64,000 nt of DNA from an uncultured Chloroflexia bacterium (lineage in GTDB: Bacteria > Chloroflexota > Limnocylindria > Limnocylindrales > CSP1-4). Below, piece after piece: positions 30,565 through 39,252 of this stretch. The DNA lies in contig CAVYIM010000004.1 of NCBI GenBank assembly GCA_963768655.1, forward strand, positions 96,001-160,000, written 5' to 3'. Each line of letters opens with the position of its first letter. Position 1 is the stretch's first letter. The notes beneath the pieces are model-generated. The model did not search any database, was not told where the DNA came from, and was given only the letters and a program-made list of their open reading frames with translations. Position numbers and translations under genes: made by a program.

Positions 30565-32081
30565 ACGACGAACCGAGCGACATCTTCGAGGCCGACGCGG
30601 CCGCTGGCCTCAAGGAACTGGGCGCGGCCGATCCTGTCCTTGTCGAGCGCGTGGAAGGGACGGTGGCGGGCCTGCCCGATCGCAGGCGGCGGCCGGCGTT
30701 CCGGAGCGTGGTCAGCGCTGGGCGGATGCTCGGCCTGGGGGCCGCCATAGCTGTGGTCGCGATCGTCGCCGCCACCGTTCAGCTGGTTGTCTTGCGGCCC
30801 GCCGGCCCCGGCAGCCCGAGCCCGACAACGGATCTGAGCCCCATCCAGTTCGCGAGCGATCCCCGCATGCTCGCGTGCGAGAAGGCAGGCAACCGGACGC
30901 TCGACGACGTGCTGTACGCGTTCGAGCTGGCGCACGGAAAGGACTACCGGGCGAACCTCCAGATACCGGTCGAACCGGACCTGGCCAGTGCGGAGCAGCC
31001 GGCACTGGTGGTCGTCTTCACGACCGGCGACTCAATTGGCTTCCCGCAGCCGCCGCCTGGTGGCCTGGTGATCCCCCCGCCGCCCGGCTCGCACACCGTC
31101 TGCGTTGGACTCACCGGGGTGAAGGATCCCGTCATCATCACGAACTTGGACGAGTCCAAGATCGTCCTGCCGCCGGCTTCGGCACCACCGGGCCCGATCG
31201 CGAGCGTCTTCGCCGACACCAACAGCGTGCTCGCGGCGATGACCTGGGACCCAAGCCGGCAGTCGCTCTGGATCGTGACCTGGAATACCGGGCCCACGGC
31301 CGAACTCACGCGGGTCGGACTCGACGGCAAGAGCGAGAGCTGGCCGCTGCCGAACGGGCCGAACGTCCAGCCTCAACCGGAGATCCAGGGCGGACTCATC
31401 GTGCAGCCCATGCCGGCCGCCTGGTATGGCTGGGAGGCGACGGACGTGGTCGTCGACGGCGAGGGCAAGGTCTGGATCGCCGCCGGGTACGGGCTGATCC
31501 GTTTCGACCCGGACACGGGCAAGAGCCAGCTCCGGACATTCACGGAGTCGGATGCGACCAAGGTGTATCTGGATGGCGGTCACTGGCTCTCGGCGATCGC
31601 GGCGGATGGCGACGGTGTGCTGGTCGCGCGCGACGGCGAGTCAGCTCTGACCAGGATCGACGAGTCCCTCGCAGATGCGGGCACCGTCGCCCTGCCATCG
31701 AATTGGGCGGGCGTGCGCGGCATCGCGGTTCTCGGTGATCGAATTCTCGCGGGCTGTGTCTCCGGACTCGGCGTATTCGATCAAACCGGCGTCCAACTCG
31801 TCCAGGCCAGCGTCGCGGTCCAGTTCGCGTCGCTGCGGCCCATGGGCTCCGATCGGGCTGCCATCCTGCCAACGACGATAGGGGACAGCGATGCGACCGT
31901 GGTCGACGCGAGCGCCTCAACCATCGGCACGATCACGATCCCGATGGAGCCGATCAGGAGCAACCTCGCCTACGACCGCCTGGTCATCGCCACCGACTGG
32001 ACTGACCACGTCTGGTACGGCGAGTGGGGCGACGAACAGCCGGTGTACCTCGTACAGGCGGCTCTGCCCGCTACGCATTGA
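30561..32081 (+). CDS. Single-TM protein with a large extracytoplasmic domain; putative anti-sigma/sensor
   Basis: ATGA overlap with the ECF sigma gene. Short cytoplasmic N-terminus, one TM helix, then beta-rich propeller-like segments (VVVDGEGKVWIA...LIRFDP). Confidence 0.7.
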   Translation: MNDEPSDIFEADAAAGLKELGAADPVLVERVEGTVAGLPDRRRRPAFRSVVSAGRMLGLGAAIAVVAIVAATVQLVVLRPAGPGSPSPTTDLSPIQFASDPRMLACEKAGNRTLDDVLYAFELAHGKDYRANLQIPVEPDLASAEQPALVVVFTTGDSIGFPQPPPGGLVIPPPPGSHTVCVGLTGVKDPVIITNLDESKIVLPPASAPPGPIASVFADTNSVLAAMTWDPSRQSLWIVTWNTGPTAELTRVGLDGKSESWPLPNGPNVQPQPEIQGGLIVQPMPAAWYGWEATDVVVDGEGKVWIAAGYGLIRFDPDTGKSQLRTFTESDATKVYLDGGHWLSAIAADGDGVLVARDGESALTRIDESLADAGTVALPSNWAGVRGIAVLGDRILAGCVSGLGVFDQTGVQLVQASVAVQFASLRPMGSDRAAILPTTIGDSDATVVDASASTIGTITIPMEPIRSNLAYDRLVIATDWTDHVWYGEWGDEQPVYLVQAALPATH

Positions 32082-32201
32082 TACCGGCGGTCCAGCGTGG
32101 GCTGCACCAAGTTGGCGACCGACACCTCCCCGCGGCAAGCTTGTGATCTCGGCCTCAGGTCCCTCTCGCCCCGACCAGACTCTGCCGGAGTACGAATTCG
32201 G

Positions 32202-32999
32202 TCAGGCCGAAGGCTCGCCCGGCGCCCGCAGCAGGGCCAGCATCCGCTCGTGGAGATGGCCGTTGGAGACCAGAATTGAGGCGCCGCTGACGAAGTCCTC
32301 GCTCCCATCGGCGGTGGACGCGCGACCCCCGGCTTCCTGCGCGATCAGCGCGCCCGCGGCGAAATCCCAAGGCTTCAGCCCGAACTCCCAGTACGCATCA
32401 AGCCGTCCGGCGCCAACCCAGGCGGCGTCGAGGGCCGCGGAGCCGGCGCGCCGGATCCCCTGCACCTGCATGTGGATCTGCTCGAATTCCCTGAAGTTGT
32501 TGCGCGGCGCGTTCCTCAAGTCGTACGTGAAGCCCGTCGCCAGCAGGGCTTCCTGAAGCGTCGTTTCTTCAGAGACGCGGATCGGGGCGCCGTTCAGGGT
32601 CGCGCCCTTGCCGGCCTCGGCGGCGAACAACTCGTCTCGCATCGGGTCGTAGACGACGCCGAGGATCGGCCGACTGTCCAGCGTGAGCGCTATCGACACC
32701 GCGAAGGTCGGCAGGCCGTGCGCGAAGTTGGTCGTGCCATCGAGCGGATCCACCAGCCAGCGGTAGCCACCGGAAGAGCCGTCTCCGCCGCTCGCGCCGC
32801 TCTCCTCCGCCAGGACGGCGTGATCGGGAAAGCGTGCCCTCAGCGCGGTCAGGATCAACGCCTCCGATCGGCGGTCGTAGTCGGTGACAAGATCCGTGGT
32901 GCCCTTGTGCTCGATGTGCGTCACGCGGCCGAAGCCGTCGCGAAGCATCGCTCCGGCCTGGCGGGCAATCTCCTGGACCAGCGTCAGCGTCTCGCTCAT
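32202..32999 (-). CDS. suhB: Inositol monophosphatase family protein
   Basis: DLVTDYD, AEES, WLVDPLDGTTNF, RRAGSAALD and WDFAAG. Confidence 0.9.
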   Translation of the reverse strand: MSETLTLVQEIARQAGAMLRDGFGRVTHIEHKGTTDLVTDYDRRSEALILTALRARFPDHAVLAEESGASGGDGSSGGYRWLVDPLDGTTNFAHGLPTFAVSIALTLDSRPILGVVYDPMRDELFAAEAGKGATLNGAPIRVSEETTLQEALLATGFTYDLRNAPRNNFREFEQIHMQVQGIRRAGSAALDAAWVGAGRLDAYWEFGLKPWDFAAGALIAQEAGGRASTADGSEDFVSGASILVSNGHLHERMLALLRAPGEPSA

Positions 33000-33022
33000 G
33001 GCCGAAGTATGCGACGCGGCGA

Positions 33023-34024
33023 CTATTCGCGGCCCATCGTCAGCACCGCGGCGCCGCGGATCGAGCCGGCGGCCAGAGCCCGAAGGGCCTCGTTGCCGGC
33101 CTCGAGCGGGAACAACTCGACCGCGGTTCGGATCGGGATCGATGCGGCAAGCTCCATGAACTGGGCCGCGTCGCGGCGAGTGACGTTGGCGACGCTGCGG
33201 AGCTGGCGCTCCCACCACAGCAGGTCGTACGGGAACTCGGGCACGCGGTCCAGGTGGATGGCGTTGACGGCGACGATGCCGCCGCGATCGACGGCGCGGA
33301 GAGCGGCGAGGACCACGTCACCCGCCGGGGCCGTGGTGATGGCCGCGTCGAGGGGCGGCGCGGGATCGTCGTAGCCGCCGACTGACGCCGCGCCGAGTTC
33401 CTCCGCCCGCTTTCGTTCGGCCTCGGAACGCGCCCGAACGTGAACCTCGCAGCCCCAATGGCGCGCCACCTGGATGCACAGCGAGGCCGAGGCGCCGAAG
33501 CCATAGAGGCCGAGCCGCCCGCCCGGCTCGATGCCGGAGACGCGTAACGCCCGGTAGCCGATGACCCCGCCACAGAGCAGGGGAGCGGCGTCGAGATCGT
33601 CGAACCCGTCGGGGATCCGGACGGCGACGTCGGCTCTCACGACCATCGCTTCGGCGAAGCCGCCGTCGCGGTCCCAGCCGGTGAAGGCCGCCGCCTCGCA
33701 CAGGTTCTCGCGCCCGCCGCGACAGAAGCGGCACGTTCCGTCTGTGCCGAAGAGCCAGTAGGCGCCCGCCCGATCGCCGATCGACCAGCCGGTCACACCC
33801 TCGCCGATGGCGGCCACGCGCCCGACCGCCTGATGACCGGGCACGATCGGCAGCCGCCTGGCCGCCAGGTCGCCCTCGGCCAGCTGGAGATCGGTTCGGC
33901 AGACCGCACACGCCGCCACGCGCAGCAGCAGCTCGCCCGGCCCGGGCACGGGCTCATCCCGTTGGGTCAGACGAAGCGGGCCTTCGGCCACCGGTCCTGG
34001 CCGCTGGATCTCGAGCGCACGCAC
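33023..34024 (-). CDS. Zn-dependent alcohol dehydrogenase family protein
   Basis: CRTDL, PGHQ, CRFC...ENLC, APLLCGG and GLYGFGAS. Confidence 0.92.
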   Translation of the reverse strand: MRALEIQRPGPVAEGPLRLTQRDEPVPGPGELLLRVAACAVCRTDLQLAEGDLAARRLPIVPGHQAVGRVAAIGEGVTGWSIGDRAGAYWLFGTDGTCRFCRGGRENLCEAAAFTGWDRDGGFAEAMVVRADVAVRIPDGFDDLDAAPLLCGGVIGYRALRVSGIEPGGRLGLYGFGASASLCIQVARHWGCEVHVRARSEAERKRAEELGAASVGGYDDPAPPLDAAITTAPAGDVVLAALRAVDRGGIVAVNAIHLDRVPEFPYDLLWWERQLRSVANVTRRDAAQFMELAASIPIRTAVELFPLEAGNEALRALAAGSIRGAAVLTMGRE

Positions 34025-34063
34025 GGCGCCAGGGTACCGCGCGCCGGCGTGCCCGCGCCTTTC

Positions 34064-34120
34064 TTGACAGTTCTACGTCGTAGAGCTAGTGTTCTACACC
34101 GTAGAGGTCTACGATGTAGA
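34064..34120 (+). promoter_or_regulatory. sigma70 promoter overlapped by three TCTAC-N3-GTAGA palindromes (putative TetR operators)
   Basis: TTGACA (34064-34069)-17 bp-TAGTGT (34087-34092), with palindromes at 34072-34084, 34093-34105 and 34108-34120. Confidence 0.8.
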
Positions 34121-34133
34121 GGTGCACACCAAG

Positions 34134-35087
34134 ATGCTGGAGATCAGCGGCCTGAAGAAGGCCTACGGAGACAACGAGGTCCTGCGGGGCGTGGATCTCG
34201 AAGCGCGGGCAGGCGAGATCGTCGGGCTGCTCGGGCCCAACGGCGCGGGCAAGACCACGCTCGTCTCGATCGTCGCGGGCCTGCGTCGGGCGGACGCGGG
34301 CGCGGCCAGGGTGGACGGCATCGACGCCCTGGCCCATCCGGAGAGGGCGCGAGAAGTGCTCGGGCTGGCGCCACAGGAGCTGGGCATCTACCCGGTGCTT
34401 TCGGTCGAACGGAACCTGGCCTTCTTCGCCGAGCTGGCCGGGCTGACCGGTCGAAAGCTGCGCGCGCGGGTCGCCGATGTCGCCGATGCGCTCGACCTGA
34501 CCAAGCTGCTGGGCCAGCGGGCGTCGACGCTCTCCGGCGGCCAGAAGCGGCGGCTCCACACGGCCATGGCTCTCGTCCACGAGCCGAAGGTTCTCTTCCT
34601 CGACGAGCCGACCGTCGGCGCCGACGTCAAGACGCGCACGCAGATCCTGGCGGTCGTCAGGCAACGGGCCGAGGCCGGGTGCGCGATCGTCTACACGTCG
34701 CACTACCTGCCCGAGATCGAGGACCTGGGCGCCACGGTGGCGGTGCTCGAAGCCGGCCTGATCGTTGCCCGCGGGCCGCTGGCCGATCTCGTCGCGGAGC
34801 ACGGCAGCCCCGCGTTGAGGCTCACGTTCGAAGGCCCCGCCCCCGCGCTCGAAGGCTTCGAGGTCGCCGGCTCAGTCGCCACCCTTCGGACGCCCGATCC
34901 GGCGCATGCGGCGGCCGGGATCCTGGGCCGCCTCAACGGCTCGACAGAGAGACTCCGCAGCGTGGACATCGTTCGGCCCAGCCTCGAGGCCGCTTACCTG
35001 GCGCTCACCGGGCGCCGCTCAAACGACGAAACCGCCGCGGGTACCGCCCGCGACACCGAAAGGGTCATCGATGAGCTGGTCGCGTAG
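34134..35087 (+). CDS. ABC-2 type exporter, ATP-binding protein
   Basis: GPNGAGKTT, LSGGQ, FLDEPT and TSHY. Confidence 0.93.
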   Translation: MLEISGLKKAYGDNEVLRGVDLEARAGEIVGLLGPNGAGKTTLVSIVAGLRRADAGAARVDGIDALAHPERAREVLGLAPQELGIYPVLSVERNLAFFAELAGLTGRKLRARVADVADALDLTKLLGQRASTLSGGQKRRLHTAMALVHEPKVLFLDEPTVGADVKTRTQILAVVRQRAEAGCAIVYTSHYLPEIEDLGATVAVLEAGLIVARGPLADLVAEHGSPALRLTFEGPAPALEGFEVAGSVATLRTPDPAHAAAGILGRLNGSTERLRSVDIVRPSLEAAYLALTGRRSNDETAAGTARDTERVIDELVA

Positions 35088-35844
35088 CCGGGTCTTGATG
35101 CGGCACAACTGGGCGTTGCTGATGGCCGATCCCGGCCCGATCGTCATTCTCACGGCGATGCCGATCGTGATGATGACCTTCCTGCAGGGCACGAGCCGAG
35201 CGGTCCTGCTCGGGGCCGGTTACGCCGACGCCAGCGGGTCGGAGCTGATCGTGCCGGGAATGACGGTGATGTTTGCCTTCTTCGGCGTGGGGTTCATCGG
35301 CACGGCCTTCTTCTCCGAGCACGGCTGGGGGACGTGGGATCGACTGCGGGCCAGCCGCGCGACCACGATGGAGATCGTGCTCGGCAAGATCCTGCCCTCG
35401 GCCGTGCTGATGCTCGGGCAGCTGATCGTCCTGTTCGGCGTCGGCATCGTCGCCTTCGGCATGCGCATCAACGGCTCAATCGCGGGGGTCGGCGTGATGA
35501 TGATCGCCTGCGTGGCAGTTCTCGTCGCCTTCTCCATGCTGCTCACGGCGGTCCTGCGGACGGCTAACCAGCTGATGGCGGTCGTGAACCTGGCGGCGAT
35601 GGTCCTGACCGGCATCGGCGGGGCGATCGCACCGGTAGACCTCCTGCCCGGTTGGGCCCAGGTCCTGGCTCCGCTGAGCCCGGCCTACTGGATGCTCAAG
35701 GGCTTTCGCGCGGTGATCCTGGAGAAGGGCGGCCTGGACGCTACCATCGTTCCTGCGGCGGTGACGCTGGCCTTCGCCGCGGGGCTGGCCGCCATCGCCG
35801 CCTGGCGGTTCTCGGTCACCGACGAGAAGGTCTGGGAGGGCTGA
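35071..35844 (+). CDS. ABC-2 type exporter permease
   Basis: Six TM segments, with EHGWGTWDRLRAS and LGKILP. Confidence 0.9.
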   Translation: MSWSRSRVLMRHNWALLMADPGPIVILTAMPIVMMTFLQGTSRAVLLGAGYADASGSELIVPGMTVMFAFFGVGFIGTAFFSEHGWGTWDRLRASRATTMEIVLGKILPSAVLMLGQLIVLFGVGIVAFGMRINGSIAGVGVMMIACVAVLVAFSMLLTAVLRTANQLMAVVNLAAMVLTGIGGAIAPVDLLPGWAQVLAPLSPAYWMLKGFRAVILEKGGLDATIVPAAVTLAFAAGLAAIAAWRFSVTDEKVWEG

Positions 35845-36554
35845 TGGCGAGACGGACGAGTGAGTCCGGCACGACGACGCAAGACCCCGGGTCGCGGCGC
35901 GAACACCTCACGAGGAAGCGCGTAGTTGCTGCCGCCCTGGCCATCGTCGATCGCGACGGGCTGGACGGGCTGACGATGCGCTCCCTGGGCCGTGAGCTCC
36001 GCGTCGATCCGATGGCCGCCTACCACTGGTTCCCGAACAAGCCCGCGATCCTCCAGGGCGTCGCCGAGGCGATCCTGTCGGAGATCGCGGTGCCCGCGCT
36101 TGACGCCGGCGTGCCATGGCAGCAGATCGCGATGGGGATGGGCCACGAGTACCGCGCGGCACTTCTGCGCCACCCCAACGCCCTTCCGGTCGCCTCGACC
36201 CAGCCGGTTCTGACGCCGCGGGGCTTCGAGCTGATCGAGTGGGCCGCGGCGGCGCTGGTCGGCAGCGGGCTGACGCCGGGTGCCGCCCTGGAGGCCATCA
36301 ACACCGTCGCCGCTTTCGTGATCGGGACCGCCCTGGTCGACGTCGGCGTCACGCCCGGGAGCGAGCCCATCGAGGACGAGACGATCTCGAACGCCTACTC
36401 GAACATCGATGTCGAGCGGTTTCCGACACTGGCCGCGGCGATGGGCGAGGCAATGGCCCTGCTCGCCGACGACGAGGCCCAGTTCGAGACGGCCCTGGAC
36501 GCTCTCGTGCGCGGCCTCGATGCCAGCCTCCGGGAGCGTGGGCTGCTAGGCTGA
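35844..36554 (+). CDS. TetR-family regulator (TetR_C-type ligand domain)
   Basis: HTH LTRKRVVAAAL...LTMRSLGRELRVDPMAAYHWFPNK, plus LLRHP and FETALDALVRG. Confidence 0.92.
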   Translation: MARRTSESGTTTQDPGSRREHLTRKRVVAAALAIVDRDGLDGLTMRSLGRELRVDPMAAYHWFPNKPAILQGVAEAILSEIAVPALDAGVPWQQIAMGMGHEYRAALLRHPNALPVASTQPVLTPRGFELIEWAAAALVGSGLTPGAALEAINTVAAFVIGTALVDVGVTPGSEPIEDETISNAYSNIDVERFPTLAAAMGEAMALLADDEAQFETALDALVRGLDASLRERGLLG

Positions 36555-36578
36555 GGCCCCCCACACGAAAGGAAGGGC

Positions 36579-37502
36579 ATGGGCTGGAAGGCGAGCGACA
36601 TCCCCGATCAATCGGGCAGGACGGCGGTCGTAACTGGAGGCAATAGCGGCCTGGGGCTGGCGACGGTGAGCCATCTCGCGGCTCACGGCGCCCACGTCGT
36701 CGTCGGTGCGCGAAACCTGGACAGGGCGGAGGACGCCCGAAAGACCGTCGAGGCGGCAGTGCCGGGCGCGTCGCTCGAGATTAGCAAGCTCGACCTGGGC
36801 TCGCTCGCCTCGATCGCCGAGTTCGCCGCCGCGGTGAGCGCGGCCCATCCCAGGATCGATCTGCTCTTCAACAACGCCGGGCTGATGGCCGTGCCCGAAG
36901 GCACGACGGCCGACGGGTTCGAGACGCAGTTCGGGACGAACCACCTGGGGCACTTCGCCCTGACGATGCGGTTGCTGCCCGCACTTCTGGCCGCGCCTGC
37001 CGCGCGCGTCGTCGGCACGACTTCGCTCTACCGCTTCTCCGCCGGCAAGTACGACCTGACGAACCCGCACATGCACGGCTGCTACAAGCCCTGGGTCGCC
37101 TACGGGATTTCGAAGCGCGCCTGCCTCCAGTTCGCCCTGGAGCTCAACCGCCGGCTCGCCGGCCGGAGCGTGACCGCCTACGCCGCGGACCCCGGCTTCT
37201 CGAAGACCAATCTCCAGTCCACCAGCGCGAAAGCAAGCAACGGCCTGCAGCAGCGGTTCTGGGTCGTCGCCGCTCCGCTGGCCGCTCAGCGTGCCGCCGA
37301 TGGGGCGTTGTGCCAGCTTCGGGCCGGCACCGATCCAGCCGCGGTCGGAGGCTCGCTGTATGCGCCGCGCTGGTTGTCCTTCGGCGCGCCGGTGGTGCGC
37401 AAGGTCGGCTCGAAGATCGATGACCCGGTGCAGCTCGCCGCGCTGTGGGAACTCTCCGAGCGCGAGACCGGGCTGTCGCTGCAGGCCGCGCTGGCTTATT
37501 GA
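36579..37502 (+). CDS. SDR oxidoreductase (retinol dehydrogenase/protochlorophyllide reductase-like)
   Basis: TGGNSGLG, NNAG, FGTNHLGHF and YGISK. Confidence 0.92.
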   Translation: MGWKASDIPDQSGRTAVVTGGNSGLGLATVSHLAAHGAHVVVGARNLDRAEDARKTVEAAVPGASLEISKLDLGSLASIAEFAAAVSAAHPRIDLLFNNAGLMAVPEGTTADGFETQFGTNHLGHFALTMRLLPALLAAPAARVVGTTSLYRFSAGKYDLTNPHMHGCYKPWVAYGISKRACLQFALELNRRLAGRSVTAYAADPGFSKTNLQSTSAKASNGLQQRFWVVAAPLAAQRAADGALCQLRAGTDPAAVGGSLYAPRWLSFGAPVVRKVGSKIDDPVQLAALWELSERETGLSLQAALAY

Positions 37503-37530
37503 TCGGCGCCCGACAGGCGATCGGACGCCG

Positions 37531-38493
37531 CTACGCTCCGAGGACCTCGCCGGGGCGAGGCAGACCCGGCAGGCATGTCACGTGCCGGTTGCCGCCGCCC
37601 CGCTTGGCGAGATACATGGCGTAGTCTGCTGCCCTCACCAGCGTATCCGCGTCGCCGCCGTTGTCCGGGTAGAAGCTGACGCCGATGCTGATGGTGGCCT
37701 TCACCCTCTGTCTCTGCAGGGCGAAGGGCCGGGCAATCGCGTGCAGGACCTTGAGGGCGACCGTGTCCGCGTCCGAGACCTGGTGGACCGTTTCGAGGAT
37801 GATCACGAACTCGTCGCCGCCGATGCGGGCGACCGTGTCGCTCTGGCGCACGCTCCTGGTGAGCCTGAGCGCGATGGCGCGCAGCAGGAGATCGCCGAAC
37901 TCGTGTCCGTGGGTGTCGTTGAAGTCCTTGAAGCGATCCACGTCCATGAACAGGACGGCGAACGCGGTGTTCGATCGTCGGGCCCGCGACAGGAGCTGAC
38001 TGAGCCGGTCCTCCATCAGGAAGCGGTTGGGCAGGTTGGTGAGTGTGTCGTGGGTGGCCAGGTGCTGCAGGGCGACCTCGGTCTGCCGCATCTCGTTGAT
38101 CTCGCGCGTGATGCCAACGAGCCCGATCACTTTCCCGGCTTCGTCATGGAGCGGTAGCTTGGTGGTCAGCGTCCAGTTCGTCCGGCCGTTGTCGAGCAGT
38201 CGGCTCTCGACCTCGCCGACGATGGGGCGGTCCGTCTCCATGATCCGCTCGTCGTCGCGCCGGGTCGCCAGTCCGAAAGCCTCTCCAAACAGATCGACGT
38301 CCGTCTTGCCGACCAGCTCGGCCGGATCCGCGAAGCCCAGGTCTTGAGCCATCTTTCGACTGACGCGCAGCAGACGGTACTGCCGGTCCTTGAAGTAGAT
38401 GCTGTCCGCGGTGCTCTCCATCAGGGCATGGAATAAGAACACATCGTTCGGCAGCTTGGGAAGTGACATGCTCGCTGTCCTCTGGGTGCTCAT
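37531..38493 (-). CDS. PAS-GGDEF diguanylate cyclase, in frame with the upstream ogt and with no stop between them
   Basis: PAS (SIYFKDRQ...ELVGKTD...TTKLPLHDEAGKVIGLVGI), HDTLTNLPNR, I-site RQSD and intact GGDEF. It has its own ATGs at 38493 and 38469. Confidence 0.88.
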   Translation of the reverse strand: MSTQRTASMSLPKLPNDVFLFHALMESTADSIYFKDRQYRLLRVSRKMAQDLGFADPAELVGKTDVDLFGEAFGLATRRDDERIMETDRPIVGEVESRLLDNGRTNWTLTTKLPLHDEAGKVIGLVGITREINEMRQTEVALQHLATHDTLTNLPNRFLMEDRLSQLLSRARRSNTAFAVLFMDVDRFKDFNDTHGHEFGDLLLRAIALRLTRSVRQSDTVARIGGDEFVIILETVHQVSDADTVALKVLHAIARPFALQRQRVKATISIGVSFYPDNGGDADTLVRAADYAMYLAKRGGGNRHVTCLPGLPRPGEVLGA

Positions 38494-38583
38494 CCGCTGG
38501 CCTGTATCTGGTTTCGGCGATCGAGCGGTGAGAGTCAAGTCGCGGCGTCGGCCCGACGCCGGGCCGAGCTCGGATGCGGGCCG

Positions 38584-39156
38584 GACTCCCTCCAGGGCGA
38601 GCAGCCTGCGCTTGATGGCGAGAGCGGTCTGGCGGTCGGCGTAGTTCGAGCCGCCGTATCCGCCGAGCGTGCCGTCTCCGGCGATGACCCGATGGCAGGG
38701 GATCAAGAGCGGCACCGGGTTGCGGCCCATCGCGCCACCCACTGCCTGTGCCGCGCCCGGCCGGCCGATGCGTCGGGCCAGCTCGCCGTAGCCGACCGTC
38801 TCGCCGTACTGGAGTCGCGCCGCGCCGTCGAGGACGAGCCGGTCCCAGTTCGAGACGCGCAGGTCGATCGGCACCTCGAACCTCCGGCGTTTGCCGGCGA
38901 ACCACTCGCCGATCTGCCGCGTAGCCGCGCCCAGCGTGGCGCGCCACTCGGCGGGCACGTCGCCGTCCTCCGCGGGGAGCACGCGGCCGTGGAGCCGGCG
39001 CGTCAGGCCGTCGACGAAATCGGGCGTTTCGGAGTCCAGGTCCACGGCCACGATCCCGGACGCGGTCGCGGCCACGTGGAGCTGGCCCCAGGGCGCCGGG
39101 CACGTGGTGAAGGCGGCGGCCGGGCCGGCGACGCGGCCGGCGGTAGACGTGGTCAC
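38584..39156 (-). CDS. ogt: Methylated-DNA-[protein]-cysteine S-methyltransferase domain; reads through into the GGDEF ORF
   Basis: [23 protein letters not shown], active-site PCHRV and [12 protein letters not shown] start at 39156 inferred. Confidence 0.88.
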
Positions 39157-39211
39157 GGCGGATAGTCTGATACCGGAGCGGCAACGGCGGAAGGGCCTGG
39201 CTGACGGCTCG

Positions 39212-39252
39212 TTGCCCGATGCAGACGGCGGGCCTATACTCCCGGGGAGTAT
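39212..39252 (+). promoter_or_regulatory. copA promoter with a CsoR-type operator
   Basis: TTGCCC-17 bp-TATACT. The palindrome ATACTCCC-G-GGGAGTAT (39236-39252) overlaps the -10 and the ATG. Confidence 0.75.
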
